Assembly (NCBI RefSeq): GCF_009914755.1
Contig: NC_060932.1
Direction: 5' to 3' (one strand)
From: the human T2T-CHM13v2.0 reference genome, Homo sapiens
DNA length: 64,000 bases
In this document: piece by piece, positions 1 through 18,968 of the stretch
Numbering within the stretch: the first letter of the stretch is position 1
Layout of the letters: each line of letters begins with the position of its first letter
Position numbers and translations under genes: made by a program
Notes under the pieces: generated by a model
What the model was told of the DNA's origin: nothing
The model's database searches: none
What the model saw: the letters and a program-made list of their open reading frames with translations, nothing else

Positions 1-1084
1 TGTATACTGACAAGCAACTGGCAGATTGAGAACATTTCTCCATTGATTTTTTTCACTGATTTTTCTATTATTTAAGAAAAGAAACAGTGATAAATTAAAA
101 AGGTATTCATTTTAGTAATAACAATAACATTGACTTAAATGTATATAGTTTTCTTTACTCCAGAATGTGCTTCCTTCTTTGAATCCTGATATGTATGGGA
201 GGGAGGCAGGGCCAGTGTTATCACCTCCCTTTTTACAGATGAGAGCAGTATTGCCCAGAAAGCTAGTGGGAAATCCAAGGCTTGAATCATGTGCCCTCTT
301 CTCTACACACAAAAGCCTGTATACAGCATCATAATATGTAAACATAGAAGATATACAAACCGTTAAAAAAGGAAATCATTGACAGAAGGTTTTGAGTGTT
401 TGTGAACATGGAACATGCTAGGCATACACATGTTTATGTAGGAGCCCAACCACCCACGTTAATAAGAGAGTGACCCAGAGACCATTCACTCCCTGAATGA
501 AAGAATGAATGAATGAACGAATAAATGAGTGAATGAATGGAGGGCCTGCCCCAGACCTGAGCAAAGCAGCCACGTCCAGCATAGGGGCTCAGAGGGCAAC
601 CACAGGGTTCTGCCATTTTGAGAATATGTCTTTCTGTGTCATAATCTCACTTGCCCTGAAAGCCCTGCCAGGAAGCCTCTACTAACAGGCAGATAGTGGA
701 GTACAGTGTTTTCCCTGGGCCTGGACAAAATACACTTTTATGTTCTGGAAGGAAATAGAGATGGTGGGTCAGCCTTTGCAGTGAGCACATTTAAGCCCAT
801 TGAATTCATCAGGAAAATGTATTGATTTCCTTCTATTCTTCCTCCTGCATTACCACTCTCATCGTTTAACTTACCATGTTGTCTGTCAGTCTCCTTCATC
901 ATTTAGTGAGCAACATGATTATAGGAACACACTCATTCATCTTTATATTCTAAAGTGCCTATTACAGTTCCTGGCGTAGTTGGCACTCATTAAGCCATTG
1001 TCCAAATGAAGGAATGAGAACTATACGCTAAGCATTAGGGCTAGGTTTTCTAGCATTCAGGTAAGGAGGAGGAGGATGTTATCA

Positions 1085-1320
1085 GTTAACATTTATCAGC
1101 ATGTATTATATGCCAGCAACCCTGCTACTTTTTTTTTATATACACAATCATATTGAACTCTCATACTAACCCTTATGAGTTAGGAATTTTTACTAGTCAC
1201 ATACACATATTAGGAAATTCAGATTTATTGGAATTAAATAATCTGCCTAAGATCACACAGTGAATATGTGGCAGAATTCTGTCTGTTGGACTCCAGGAAG
1301 CACAGTCTTAATTTCTATGT
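1085..1320 (-). mobile_element. MIR SINE (diverged)
   Basis: aacatttatcagcatgtattatatgccag...ctaacccttatgagttagg...taaataatctgcctaagatcacacag resembles reverse-complemented MIR. Confidence 0.6.
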
Positions 1321-1589
1321 TATTCTTCTGGCCATACTGTCCAGTCTAGAAAGCTGATACATGGTCCACACCTTGATCTTTCAAAGGGGACAAAAAAGAT
1401 TCCCTGGAAAATCTCAGCACCAAATCACCTTAGCTATGGGGGTAAATCTTAAATAGAAGGCAGAGTGCCATATTCAAGGAATTTATAGCTGTAATAAGCA
1501 GATGAGACTACCACACACATTAGAGAGAGAGGGAATATGAAATTGTCTAGATGTTCACTGATTTATGTAGACAGTCATATCTTTATGAG

Positions 1590-1800
1590 TTGGTGAATGT
1601 ACTCTGTATGCCCCACACTATGCTACATGCCTCACATCTATTATCCTAATAATCCTTCCAAGGACCTTTAAAAAATGTGTATTATTCTGTATTTACAAAT
1701 GGAGAAAATGGAATTAGGAAAAGTAAGTAATTTGCCTTAAATTGCAGAACTAAGAATACATGGTGGATTTGGGCTTCCAAGCCAGGCCATGTGATTGCAG
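1590..1800 (-). mobile_element. MIR SINE (diverged)
   Basis: tattattctgtatttacaaatggagaaaatgga...agtaagtaatttgcct resembles the MIR core on the minus strand. Confidence 0.6.
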
Positions 1801-3298
1801 AACCCAGATTGTACAACTCATTCTCTCTGCACTCTGAACCCAGAATGGCAGACAATGATGCCATAAGATGAGAGTGTCTCCAAAATATGCTGTTAAATGT
1901 AGACATCTTTGTGAAAAATGAGAATCCTTAGCAAAGACTCATAGATCTGATATAGATTAGCTTTTTTGGTTAGCTAGTAATTCAGTCAGTATATTAATGG
2001 GGCTGGAACACAGGAAAGATAAATATTTTATCCTCTGCTCAAAGATGAGACACCTGAATAAGGGCCTCATGAGGCATCCTGAGTAGATAGGGTATGACCC
2101 ATGAAAGGATGCAGGTACTATAGCCCAAGGACCCTGGAAATCCGAAGAGAAGCAGGTCCACAAAGCAGAAAAGGGGATGATGAAGACCAAGTCCACGATT
2201 TCACTTTATTGCTTAAAGGAATGGAAACATCATATCTTGGAGACTTATTCTTGGAGGTTATTCTGCTTATTTTATTATTCTGCTACTTTATAAGCAAAAT
2301 ATTATCTAGTAAAATAGCTAACATTGTGGAGCACTTGATATATGTGTGGGCTGTGTTCTATGGAAGCTTTACATGAATTATACTTCATTAAATCCTCACA
2401 ATTAGCTATTAGGTGGTTGATTTTCAACAAAGATGGGCTGAATAAAAGAGTATCGTATGTATTAATCTGCAGCTTGCTTTTTATTTAACATAACAATACA
2501 TTTGGAGCTATTTCCAGGTAAGGATATAGTGACTGTTACATTCTTATAAATGGTCACATATTAGTCTGTAGTTCAATGTACCATGATCCATATAACCATT
2601 CTCCTATTGTTGGATATTTCGGACACTTCTATTTTCTTTACATAAACAGTAATCCAACAGATATCTTTGTTCACACAACCTTGTATACATTTACCAATAT
2701 TTCTGTAGGATGGACATCAAAAATGAAGTGACACTGTTCTTTCATAATCAAAATCCAAGTTTCATTAATTGTTGAGTTGATGAAACAACTTTAACTTCTG
2801 ACCTAAATCAGCGTTTGAAACGTTCTTTTTCTCTTTTAATGTAAAGCTGAAAAATATCTTTTTAAGGATAGGAGGTATAAATTATAGGCCTTCTCTTTGA
2901 GATAACAGAGCAAAAAGCTATGTGCAATCATAATAGAGCTATAAAATTGTATTCTGTTCTTCAGCATGAGGCAAATGCAAAATTTCAGAGTAATGAATAT
3001 AATTGTAGATGTTCTGATGTCAACTTCAGGCCTTATATCTTACAGTAATGCTCTTCATTAATCATATTTTCAACTGATTTCTTGAGTAGATTTGTTTTTC
3101 TACATGGCACATCAAAATGTGCGGGAAATGTACTAGTGACTACTCAAGTGCTTTGTTTTTTTAAACAAATAAAACCTTACATTGTATCTATTCATGCATC
3201 GATTCAACTATCATCTAAATACCTGAGCGTGTTATTTCAGAATTAGAATGTGGTTGGTAAGGAAGGTCTGTTGGAGGTAGAGAAATAGAATTGATCTA

Positions 3299-4074
<776 letters not shown>

Positions 4075-4424
4075 TTATCAAATTTAATTGTAGTATTTGG
4101 GGTAGCCTAGATCCCAGTAGCAAAGTGTCCCCCAGATGTAAAATGGCTAAAACACTACAGAAGATAATTTATCTCATGAAACAGTCCACGTATGCAGTAG
4201 ATAAATGCTTGTTAAGCGAATGAATGAATGAATAAATAAGTTAATGGATGTAGCTTATAAGACATGTACAAACCATATTACCAGATATGAATCTCAGGTT
4301 ACCAATTCAGATGTGAAAGAAATGTGGCTTTATTCTTCCATAATTAAACTTAAAATATATCTTGAACTTTCCTTCTGCTGGGTTAAGTGGCCAAAATGAA
4401 ATCTGAGACAACTCCTTGCCACTC

Positions 4425-5018
4425 TACAGTAGGCAGAATAATGGCCCCCAGGGATGCTTGGGTCCTAATTCCTAGAAGCTATGAATATGTTACCTTACAT
4501 GGCAAAGGAGATTTTGAAGACATGATTAATTTAAAGATAGAGAGATAGGGAAAATATCCTGGATTACCTGGGTGGGCCCAGTGTAATCGCAAGCATCCTT
4601 GTAAGTGAAAGGCGGAGGCAGGAGAGTCAAAGAAGATATGGCAACAGAAATGGGGGTCAGGGTTAGAGAGAGAGAGATTTGAAGATGCTACACTGCTGGC
4701 CTTGAAGAAGGGAGAAGGGACCATAAGCTAAGAAAGGACCATAAGCTAAGAAATGCAGGCGGCTTCTAGAATTTGGAAAATGAAAACAAACAAACAAAAA
4801 ATAACAAAAATAAAAACAAACCAAAAAACCCCACCAAAACAAAACTGGATTCTCCCTCAGAGCTTCCAGAAGAAACGCTGCTCTGCTGACACCTTGAGAT
4901 TAGTCCAGTGGAACCCATTTGAGACTTCCGACCTCTGGAACTGTAAGATAATACATTTGTGTTGTTTTACTCCGCCAAGTGTGGTAATTTGTTATAGCAG
5001 TCATAGGAGACTAATACA
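4425..5018 (+). mobile_element. MaLR solo LTR (MLT1D-like)
   Basis: Starts ...gtaggcagaataatggccccca, contains gaatatgttaccttacatggcaaa, ends gtggtaatttgttatagcag...ctaataca; possible 5-bp TSD cactc/caccc. Confidence 0.8.
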
Positions 5019-5094
5019 CACCCCACTGCCACTCTCCTGGCAGTGGTGGCTGAATTCTGGATTGGAAAGGAAATGGGGCTACAAAGAGGCCACA

Positions 5095-5332
5095 GAGTAC
5101 AGGGACTCGGGAGAGAAACCACCTGGATTCAAAACTCAGCTCAGTCACCTGCTTGCAGTTACCCTTAGTGAAGGGATGCAACCTCTCTGAGTGTTAATTT
5201 CCTCATCTGTAAATTGGGAAGAACAGTACCTACCTCATCAGGTTACTGTGAGGATTAAATATGTTCATTTAACAAAAGGGCTTAGTACAGTGCCTGGCAT
5301 GTAGTAAACAGTATATAAGTATTAGCTATTAT
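5095..5332 (+). mobile_element. MIR SINE
   Basis: tttcctcatctgtaaattggg...tacctacctcat...gtgaggattaaat...cttagtacagtgcctggcatgtagtaa. Confidence 0.85.
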
Positions 5333-5345
5333 GGTGATTTTTTAA

Positions 5346-6004
<659 letters not shown>

Positions 6005-8741
6005 CTATATTGATTACTCTTACTATCATCATCTGATCCTAGGTCTTGAGTAGTCCATGCTGCCAGATTCTGCTCCTCAGTCATAATCCATGCAGATTTC
6101 TGCTAAGTGGGTCCTCTCTGGGGCAGAAGATGCTGGTGCTCCAGCCGGATCCCTTGAATCCCTTTTACTGTTGGTTGGTATGCTTGTCTCCCCAGCTTTT
6201 GTGGATGCTTGGCTGAAGGCTCACCCCTGCAAACATGTCCGGAGAATTGCCTTTGGGCAATGGAAGCCACCGTGCTCAGAGCTGAGATGACTTCATGCGT
6301 GGCCAGGAACCCCTGGAGGAGGGTATTAAAGTCCTGCTCCCAGTCTCAAGGCAGGACAGACTCTGCAGCATAATTTATGCTCCAGAGCTCACAAAGACCT
6401 GTTGGGAGCCATGTCCTTTCCCTTCCTTATCCTGCTGCCTCCCTCCCCTGTGGATGTCTCCTGAGAGAGCTCTCTCGATATGTCACATGCACACACATGC
6501 GCACAAAGTTTTGTCATGGGCTTTTTGTTTTGTTTTGTTTTAAGGGAATGTGACCTAAAATGTGGTCTGAGGCCTCAAGACACTGGCAGCTGTGTAGGCA
6601 CGTGACAGGTAGCCCAAGAAACACTAAGGAGCTGTGGGGCTGCGGAGGAAGAAGAGGGTTGGGCTGGAAGAGCAAGGAAAGCCTCACAGAATGGGCTGAG
6701 CCAACATTCAGCCTGCACTCACCTCATGAAAACAGCACACATTTAGACCAGGCTTTGTTCTATCGGTCACCTTCAGATGTCATTGTGTCCTATGCACACA
6801 GAATGTGTAATGCTATTTTCAACCCGGCCTTAATTGCCACAAAGTCAATTCATTTACTGCAAAAAAAAAAAAAAAAAAAAAGGCACAATGACTTCTAACC
6901 CTTAAGGCCTCCGTATGTCCTAGATCTTAAAAGTAAAACTTAAAAGCTCAAATTTTTGGTGCAACTAGAAACCCAATAAAAAGTTTCCGAGACAAGCAAA
7001 ATTATATTTGTAGTTTTTCCTGAAGAGTGAGAGAAAAACAGAAAAAAGACTAAAGAAACCATTAAATTTTGAGACATCTCAGCAATTCATACTATTATCT
7101 TTCTATTTTTCCTTTAGGTGATATATTGTTTAATATGTAAGCATTTATTACCATAGTGTCTATGACCATAGTGTTTATGAGTTTTTGTCATTGCATTTTC
7201 TGTCATTTACATATTTATGTTTCTTCCTGACTTCCCCTACTATCCAAGACAACTCCTACCTCAGTTTACACTCTTCTCTTTCATATCATCCATATAAATG
7301 TTGCCTCTCCTCATCCCGATATATTGCTTTTTTTTCTTTAAAACAAAATAACTAATGGCCATTGGCAAGCTACCCTGGGAACTGAAAGAGCACTGTTTCT
7401 TGGATTCACTGAAAAGTTGGACAAATTCACTGAAAGACACTGACTACATACTCCAGTGGAGGTCCAGACAACAAATCTAAAGGACAGTGTTCTCCCCAGG
7501 ACATAAAAGTGTTCCATGAAAGGAGCAACTGACAATGACCAATCACTTGCCATTGGAGAGGACAAGAAAATGACAATTAGTGATTCTCCACCATCCCTTT
7601 GCTTCTCTAGCCCCTTCCATCTTATCCACCACCTTTCTATTTTTTCTGAGCAGTTGCCAAGAGCTAAACACAGACCAAACTGAATTGTGGGACCTGCCTT
7701 GAGCTGACTCAGTGAGGGAACCAGGCTCCTCCAGGCCTACAGGGTAACCAGGGACAGCCTGGCCTGGGGAGATTGCCCCAGTCATGGCCCGGTGAAAGGC
7801 TGCAGGTCCTCCCTGGGACAGAGGTGCTTAGGCATCAAAGGTGGAACTTGGGAGGGATGGAAGAGAAGCTACTCCTGACCTGCCCTCTGTTAATTTCCAA
7901 CTTAGAAACACACTGGCATTTGTGTTGACACTTACTCATTGAGTCTCCAATGTAATTAGTTGATTTTTGTATTTTTAGGGTATAAAGTTGAAACTTGGAA
8001 GAAAAGGACAGAAAAGATACTTTTACTCCTTCTTCCTATTCGTCTCTTAAAAATATACAATAATATATATTTTGGGACCTTTCTTTGTTTACAGAGTCTT
8101 TTCTAGGATTCTTTACCTTATTCTTTTTAGTTCTAAACCAAGAATAGTGATAGACCAGAACCCAGATGCCTTACAAACTACTTTAAGGGAAAATAAGGAA
8201 TTGTGCTAGTAAACATAGCATGTAGTACTTACTCATTCTCAACTATTTTTATTTATGACAAAGGCTTGCAAAGTGTGCTGGTAATCTCTATTTAACATAT
8301 TAACTAAATGAATGAAAAATAGAATGATTTGTTCAAAACTCATCACATTCATGGCATAGGCAAAGCAGGAAATTAAGAACTCTTTGATGGGAACCCAAAA
8401 GAGCTTGTATAGCTTCTAATTTGGGGGAAAAGTTGTGAGTACACATGTTTGAACATAAAATGAAAACAGAAATATAACCTCTAGTTCATTTACTAATTAT
8501 GAGAGAATGTAGCTTTCAGTTTTAGAGTTTAAAAGTGTATTTCAATATTTGAATAGTTTTATGATGGCCTCAACTGAGCCTTCATTTAGATCGCTATTAG
8601 CAATATTACTACACAAGAGATTTTCTAACAAAAATAAGTAAATGCTTATATATCTTCTTTCCCCCACCCCTAAATGTGCATTACTATTTTCTATTGTACA
8701 TAAAAGCAATAAAGCCATTGTCAACAATTTCCACCTAAACT

Positions 8742-9317
<576 letters not shown>

Positions 9318-9962
9318 AACTGATAAGTGCCTTTATAAGTTACTCTTGGATAACTATACTGAGACTACTAAAGAGGAACAGAAGAACTCTAATTCAAGCC
9401 CTGCACTTTAAAAAATAGTATCCTTTAGTCTATAACAAAGGGTCTACAGTGAGAATGTTAAAGATGAGCAAATTGAAAGGTACCAAGAAGAAAATCTTAC
9501 AGGGAAGAAGAATATCAGAACATACATAGTGGGAAGAGATGAAAGAATGTATGGCCTTTCTTAAAATTATCAGGTTTGGGTAGGTTTCTTGGCTTATTTT
9601 TGTCTTAATACTTTATAAATAAGAAGATACTTATATTTATTATCAGATAAAATATCCAAGAGTATGATCTTGTATTTGAATTGCACGAAGGGCTTTCTTG
9701 TTCTGTTTTCAGTGCATAGTTGACTAAAACGGAACTACTGCCTATTTAATTATTTTCCCCCTTGTTTTCCTGTTATCTAAAAACCTGAGAATTAGATTTA
9801 AATTCAGTTTGTAATTTAGTTTTTGGTTGTTGTTGCTGTTGTTATTGTTTAGAACAATTATTGTTTCTAGTTCCAGCTGTATATTTACTCTCTCTCCTAG
9901 GTTCATTAGAGCTAAAAATAAATTGGATTAGGCTTAGACAAAATTAAACTGAATGCAATGTC

Positions 9963-11696
<1,734 letters not shown>

Positions 11697-12334
11697 TCAA
11701 CTGAAAAAAAAGAACCTCAATATTCTTTATGCCATTAATGATAACTACTATTGGCTCATCAATGTGATGACGTAGTCCAGAAGAGAGGTAAATGTTCTAT
11801 AGGCCAGTAAAAGTCTTTATGGAGTCAGGTTCAAAACCTTTATCTGCAACATTAACTTAAATTAATTTGGGGTTAGAATGTCTGGGGAGATTTGCGCTAC
11901 ACATGCAAATTATTATTACAATAAGTTAATTCCCTGTAGGGGTCAATATAAGGGAAATGAGCATAATTCCATGACTAGGCTGAGGGGAAACTTTTCAACA
12001 AAAACAATCACATGTTGGAATGAGAAATCTTTTCTCAGAGAAATCTTAAAATGAGTCAAATATTTGTTTGTCCTAAGTGATTTAGTTGAAGTGTCTCTGG
12101 AGACTGAGTGATGAATTCTACAACTCCGAAAGCCCTTCCCATTCCTATAATCTGACGATAAATCTCTGGGCAGTTCATTAGATTTGTGTTCTCATAAATG
12201 GGTGACTTGGTCTTCTCATCTTTGACTCTAATGAGAAAAATATATATTGAGAGGTTTTCTTCTTAGGCACTCTGTCAATCTTTCTACCTGAAAAACGGAG
12301 AATACAGAAATGTGATTTATAAAGAGAAAAACAA

Positions 12335-13230
12335 TAATAAGTGAAATTGGATCCCTACTTCATATCAAACACAAAAATCAATTCTAAATGGTTTAAGGAT
12401 TTACATGTCAAATGTAAAACTTTAAAACTTTCTGACCATGGATCTTTGAAAGAGTACATCCAAATGCACTGGTCATAAAATAAGAGCTTGACAACTTTGA
12501 CTAGATTAAAATAAAGGACTTCCGCTCATCAAAGAGACCTTTCAAAAGTGAAAAGATAAGGTACATATTGAGATAAGGTATTTGTAACACACATAATAGA
12601 TAATAATAGTTTTAAAGTATATAAAGCTAATAAGAGTTAATAAGGAAAAGACAAATAACCTAATAGAGGCCTACCCAAAAGTAATGGAAAGGCATTTCAC
12701 AGAAGAGATAATATACATGGCCAAAGCAACATTTGAAGAGATGCTCAAGTTTATTAGTTAAAAAGGAAATGCAAATCAAGACCACAATGAGATACCATTT
12801 TATACCCTTTCAATTGGCAAAAATTAATTTGACACCGAGTTTCAGAAGGATGGGACTCAACAGGATTGCAGGCAGGAATGTAAATTGCTACATCCATTTT
12901 GGAAAAACAATTTGGCATTATCTTGTAAAGTTAAACATTCCCATATCTCATGACCCAGCAATTCTACTCCTAGGCATATTCTTGTGTTCTACCTCAACAT
13001 CCATATCTCTATGAACAGCAAAAACTGATATTCACACTAGCAGAATAGATATTCTGTGACATAGTCACCCAACAGGACAAGTGAACCATAGCTACCCACC
13101 AGAACATAAATGAATTTGAGTAACATAATAATGAGTGAGAACAGCAAGTTTGAGATATAAAATAAGCAAAACTAAACAACATATTGTTTATGTATATACA
13201 AAACATGATAAACACAAAACTCAAAATGGG
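12335..13230 (+). mobile_element. Old L1M (ME/MC-like) ORF2-end/3'UTR fragment
   Basis: Degenerate ORF2 C-terminal motif [13 protein letters not shown]; tgacccagcaattctactcctagg. Confidence 0.75.
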
Positions 13231-13253
13231 GGTGTTTCTAGAATTGAAGATAG

Positions 13254-13578
<325 letters not shown>

Positions 13579-13581
13579 AAG

Positions 13582-13772
<191 letters not shown>

Positions 13773-15150
13773 TAGATTGAATGGCAGGTTCATAGGTTTT
13801 CATTAATAATTAAGCAAAAACAAATTAGAAAATAAATAAGTGAAAAATAAAAGATAGCTTATGTGGACCAAAGATAATAGCGTTTGTGAACCAAGGATCG
13901 ATTACACTTAACCCAATTTTGTATGTGTGAGATTCTCCTATATCCCAAAAGGTAAATCACAATAAAAGTAGTGACTTCACAATTGGTTTATTTGCTCTCT
14001 TACAATAATTCAAGGATTATAAAGTATTTTACAAGTTTCAATTCAAAGAGTCTTTGCCACCTGAAATCTTCTTACCCCTCCCTCCCACTTTGTCTGTTTT
14101 TCCTTTTTGGCTTACAGTTAGACAAAGGCAATGCTTAAATTTTACAGTTGGAGAAAGAGAAAATGCTTAAATGTTATTCTCAAATATCAATGGTGAGCCT
14201 AGCAAAATGACTTCCTGGGCTTTTATCGCTGTACCCAACAATTCATCAGTGCATATTTCACCCTAATAGCAGCAACTGACATGCATAGTTCTTTGAGTTT
14301 TTCATTTTTTGCCTGTGGGGGCTACTTGGATTTTATCTTGCTTCCTCCAGGCTCTAAAATTTACATTACCACTAGAAATCAAAATGGGCTTTGAATGCCA
14401 TTGGTAAGCAAGGAGCTATTGGGACTTGAAGAGGCCATTTACTAAGACTTGTAGAGACAAGAAGACTGTTATCTTTTGAACTGTAGTGGCTAATCCACCT
14501 CCTCCCAACCCTCCACCCACTGGGCAATTGGAATGGGACCCAATCTGGCACCAGACTCAGACTCCAAAGGTAGGTAGGTATTTTACCTGAAGCAGTCTGA
14601 GTAAGTGCAGCAAGAGTTGAGTAGGATCCACGTTTTCGAGTGTCCTGCACAGTCCAAACGTGAAAATCCGAGTTCAGCCACCAAATCCAAAGGGTGAATG
14701 GAGCCAAAAGAAAAGGAGGACAAAGCCAATAGGACAGGAACCAGTGGAATTCTGGTTGTAAATAGTCTTGGGCTATCCCAAGGAAAAAGATTAAAGTACC
14801 CTAAAATGTGAGAATGAGTCGGTTTAGTTCAGTTTCGTTTAAAGGCACAGTATTGGGGCTAATATTTACAAAACCCCCACTGTTTTAGTTTAACTGAATT
14901 CTTAGGTCTCTTTTCCATGAATGTCTGCCAACATAATTCAGATCTTTATTAGCAGCTAGTTTTTTGTCTTCAAATACTTCTGAGCAGAGGCAATTGTATA
15001 TTAAAAGGGGAGGGCAGATTCTATGATGGAAGGAGGTTAATCAGGAAACAACAGAAAAACAGGAAACATCATATGGGTTCATGCCAATGGTTAATCCAAA
15101 TATTATGTTGTCAAGGGCTATTTTGTGACATATATTTATTTTTTCCTAGG

Positions 15151-15234
15151 AAGATAGACTGTCAGTATTCACAGGGCAGTTAATCCACTGTAAAGATAGA
15201 CTGTCAGTATTCACAGGGCAGTTAATCCACTGTA
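15151..15234. repeat. Perfect 42-bp tandem duplication
   Basis: aagatagactgtcagtattcacagggcagttaatccactgta x2. Confidence 0.95.
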
Positions 15235-15975
15235 AGCATTTAGCCAACATCTGCAATATTCCCAACAGCAGTGTATGAAGTTCCAATTTCTTCACATCCT
15301 CACTAACACTTACCTCCAAATACCACTACATTGAGGATTAGACTTTAACATACGGATTTTGGAGGGGCATAAACATTCAGTGTATAGCACCAATTTTAGA
15401 AGGAAAGTGCTCAATATTTCATAATTAACATTGGTGTTAGCTTAAGGTCTTTCAAAGTTATTATGGCAGATAGTTTCCAAAGATGGACTCAACAATATTT
15501 TTTATCCTACATGTTTTTCTAGAACCTTGCCATGATACCAGTAGGAGGTGGAGTTTATTTTCCCTCCTGTTGAACATGAGCAGGCATTTGTGACTGTCTC
15601 AATCAATAGAGTATGATGGAAGGGAAGCATGTGACCTCTAAGGGTTGGTCATGAAAGATGCCATGCTCTTCTCCCTGGAACTTTTGAGATACTCATTCTC
15701 AGAACCCCACTGCCATGCTGTGAGGAAGCCCAAGAAGCCAGATCAGGGTTCCACGTGGAAAGGAACCAAGGTTCCTAGCTCACAGCTCAGCCGAGTTCCT
15801 GTCTGACAGCCAGTACCAACTTGTGAACCATGTGACTGAGTCAGCTCGAAAACAGAGCCCCCAGCCTCGGGTCAAACTGCCCCAGCCGACATTGCATGAA
15901 ACAAGCTGACCTGTACTCCCTGAGCCTTACTCAAATTGCAGACTTGTGAGTGAAAAAAAAAAAAGAATGGTTGTT

Positions 15976-16410
15976 CCAAATGCCCATCAATGACAGACTG
16001 GATAAAGAAAATGTGGTACAATACATATACACCATGGAATATTATGCATCCATAAAAAAGAACGAGATCATCTCTTTCGCGGGAACATGGATGGAACTGG
16101 AGGCTATCATCCTTGGCAAACTAACTCAGGAACAGAAAACCAAATACTGCATTTCTCACTTATAAGTAGAAGGTATATGATAAGAACATATTAACCCAAA
16201 AAAGGAAACAAAAGACACTGGGGTCTATTTGACAGTGGAGGGTGGGAGAAGGGAGAGCAAAAAAGATAACTACTGGGTACTGAGCTAAATACCTGGGTGA
16301 TGTAATAATATGTACAACCCACCACCGTGACACATGTTTATCTGTGTAACAAACCTTCACATATACCCCTAAACCTAAAATGAAAATTTAAAAATATATA
16401 TATTCAAAAA
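15976..16410 (+). mobile_element. L1PA/PB 3' end fragment
   Basis: ccaaatgcccatcaatgacagactggataaagaaaatgtggtac...MEYYASIKKNEIISFAGTWMELEAIILGKLTQEQKTKY plus 3'UTR. Confidence 0.85.
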
Positions 16411-16415
16411 ATTGG

Positions 16416-16722
16416 GGCCTGGTGCAGTGGCTCACTCCTATAATCCCAACACTTTGGGAGGCCGAGGTGGGCGGATCACTTGAGGTCAGGAGTTCCAAAC
16501 CAACCTGGCCAACATGGTGAAACTCCGCCTCTACTAAAAATACAAAAATTATCTGGGCGTGGTGGTGGGCTCCTGTAGTCCCAGCTACTGGGGAGGCTGA
16601 GACACGAGAATCACTTGAACCCAGGCAGTGAGCTGAGATCACACAACCCAGGCAGTGAGCTGAGATCACACCACTGCACTCCACCCTGAGCAACACAGCA
16701 AGACTGTCTCAAAAGAAAAAAA
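16416..16722 (+). mobile_element. AluS with an internal deletion and a 27-bp duplication
   Basis: Alu dimer; aacccaggcagtgagctgagatcacac x2 at 16618-16671. Confidence 0.9.
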
Positions 16723-17139
16723 TTGCTTGTTAAAGCTGCTGCATGTTGGGGTGGTTTGTTTTGTAGTAATAAATAACTGAAGCAGATGCTCATTAGACTG
16801 AGAAAGTTACTTCCTATTGTTCATGTGCTGAGAGTTTTATGATAAAGTCATAATTTTTATCAAATATTTTTGCTGCATCTATTAATAAAATATTTCCCCC
16901 TTTTTTGTAATATGGTAAAATGTATAGATCATTTTTAACTATAAGGCCATCCTTGCATTCCTTATTCTTTTAATATATTGCTGGATTTGATTTTGTAATC
17001 TTTTGCTAAGATTTTTGTATTGATGTTCATAAGTGAGACTGGTTTGCAGTTTTCTTTCTTCGTAATATCTTTGGTAGGTTTTGTTCTTAGGGTTACACTG
17101 GTCTCATAATGGTTCCTTTTCTTTTTCTTTTAGATACAT

Positions 17140-17900
17140 AGCATATAAAAGGTATTCCTTGTCATTCATCATCAGGGAAATGCAAATAAAAATAACAGTT
17201 AGATACCACTATGCACCTATTAGAATGGCCAAACTCTAAAACATTCACAACACCAAATGCTAGTGAGGATACAGAGCAACAGGAACTCTCATTTATTGCT
17301 AGTGGGAATGCAAAATTGTACAGCCACTGTGGAAGACAATTGGACTGTTTCTTGCAAAACTAAATATACTCTTACCATGTGATCCAGGAATTCCATTCCT
17401 TGATATTTATCCAAAGGAGTTGAAAACTTATGTCCACACAAAACCCACACCTAGACGCTGATAGCAGCTTTATTCACAATCGCCCAAACTTGGAAGCAAT
17501 GAAGATACCCTTCAGTAGGTGAATGAATAAACAGTGGTACATCCAGACAATGGAATTATCACTTAGCACTAAAAAGAAATGAGCTATCAAGTCATGAAAA
17601 GACATGAAAGAAACCTAAATGCCTATTACTAAGTGAAAAAAGCTCATCTTAAAAGGCTGCATACTATATGATTTCAACTGTATGACATTCTGGGAAAGCC
17701 GAAGTTTGTAGGCAGTAAAAAGATCAGTGGCTGCCAGGGGTTGGGGGAAGGAGGGATGAATAGACAGAGCACAGAGGATTTTTAGGGCAGTGAGACTATT
17801 CTGTATGATATTATAATGGCAGACACATGTTGTTACAAATTTGTCCAAACCCATAGAATGCTGTGTGTTGGGGTAGAATGTACAATATCAAGAGTGAACA
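17140..17900 (+). mobile_element. L1MC-like 3' region
   Basis: gaaaacttatgtccacacaaaa...gagcacagaggatttttagggcagtgagactattctgtatgata. Confidence 0.8.
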
Positions 17901-18065
17901 CTGTGGGCTTCTTTGCTGCTTTTCTGTAGGACCTTCAAACTTCCTTCATGCCTCTTTCTGAAGCACATTAACCCCAGCTGCATCTGGTATTCCAGGTGAG
18001 CATCCACTATAGATATCCCTAAGAAGAAAGATCACTTAGCAAAGACTTTCTTTTGCTTCTCTCTC

Positions 18066-18252
<187 letters not shown>

Positions 18253-18594
18253 TGACAGATAGAAATATCCAAATTACATTCTCTGATGGCGGTACAAGTC
18301 ATTTAGTACTTGATACTAAAAAGATTTTAAAAATCTACAAATGGGGAAAACTAAAAATCACATTAAAAAACAAAACTGAAAACATTCTTGGTGAGATATT
18401 TATAAATTTTGCTTGAGCCTTTAAAAAGCTAACAGGTAGCTAATGCTTCCAATTCCTGGCCAAGAAGAATTTATGGAAAAGATTTCAGAAGACTTTTAAA
18501 AGCTCCAAATACACTGGGCTGGGAATCCTGGCTCTAAAATTCACTAGCTGAGTCAATTTGGACAACTCCTTCAGCTATAGTTTCTAGTCTATAA

Positions 18595-18968
<374 letters not shown>

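Larger units (their letters stand above)
15462..16780 (+). mobile_element. MaLR LTR (MLT1F/G/H-like) split by an L1 3' end and an Alu
   Basis: MLT1-type body at 15462-15975 (gccatgctgtgaggaagcccaag); its end (ggggtggtttgttttgtagtaataaataactga) resumes at ~16725-16780. Confidence 0.65.

Noticed and set aside
4716-4752. 18-bp tandem duplication (ggaccataagctaagaa) in the MLT1 LTR
   Set aside because: Common slippage event inside an old repeat with no sign of function.
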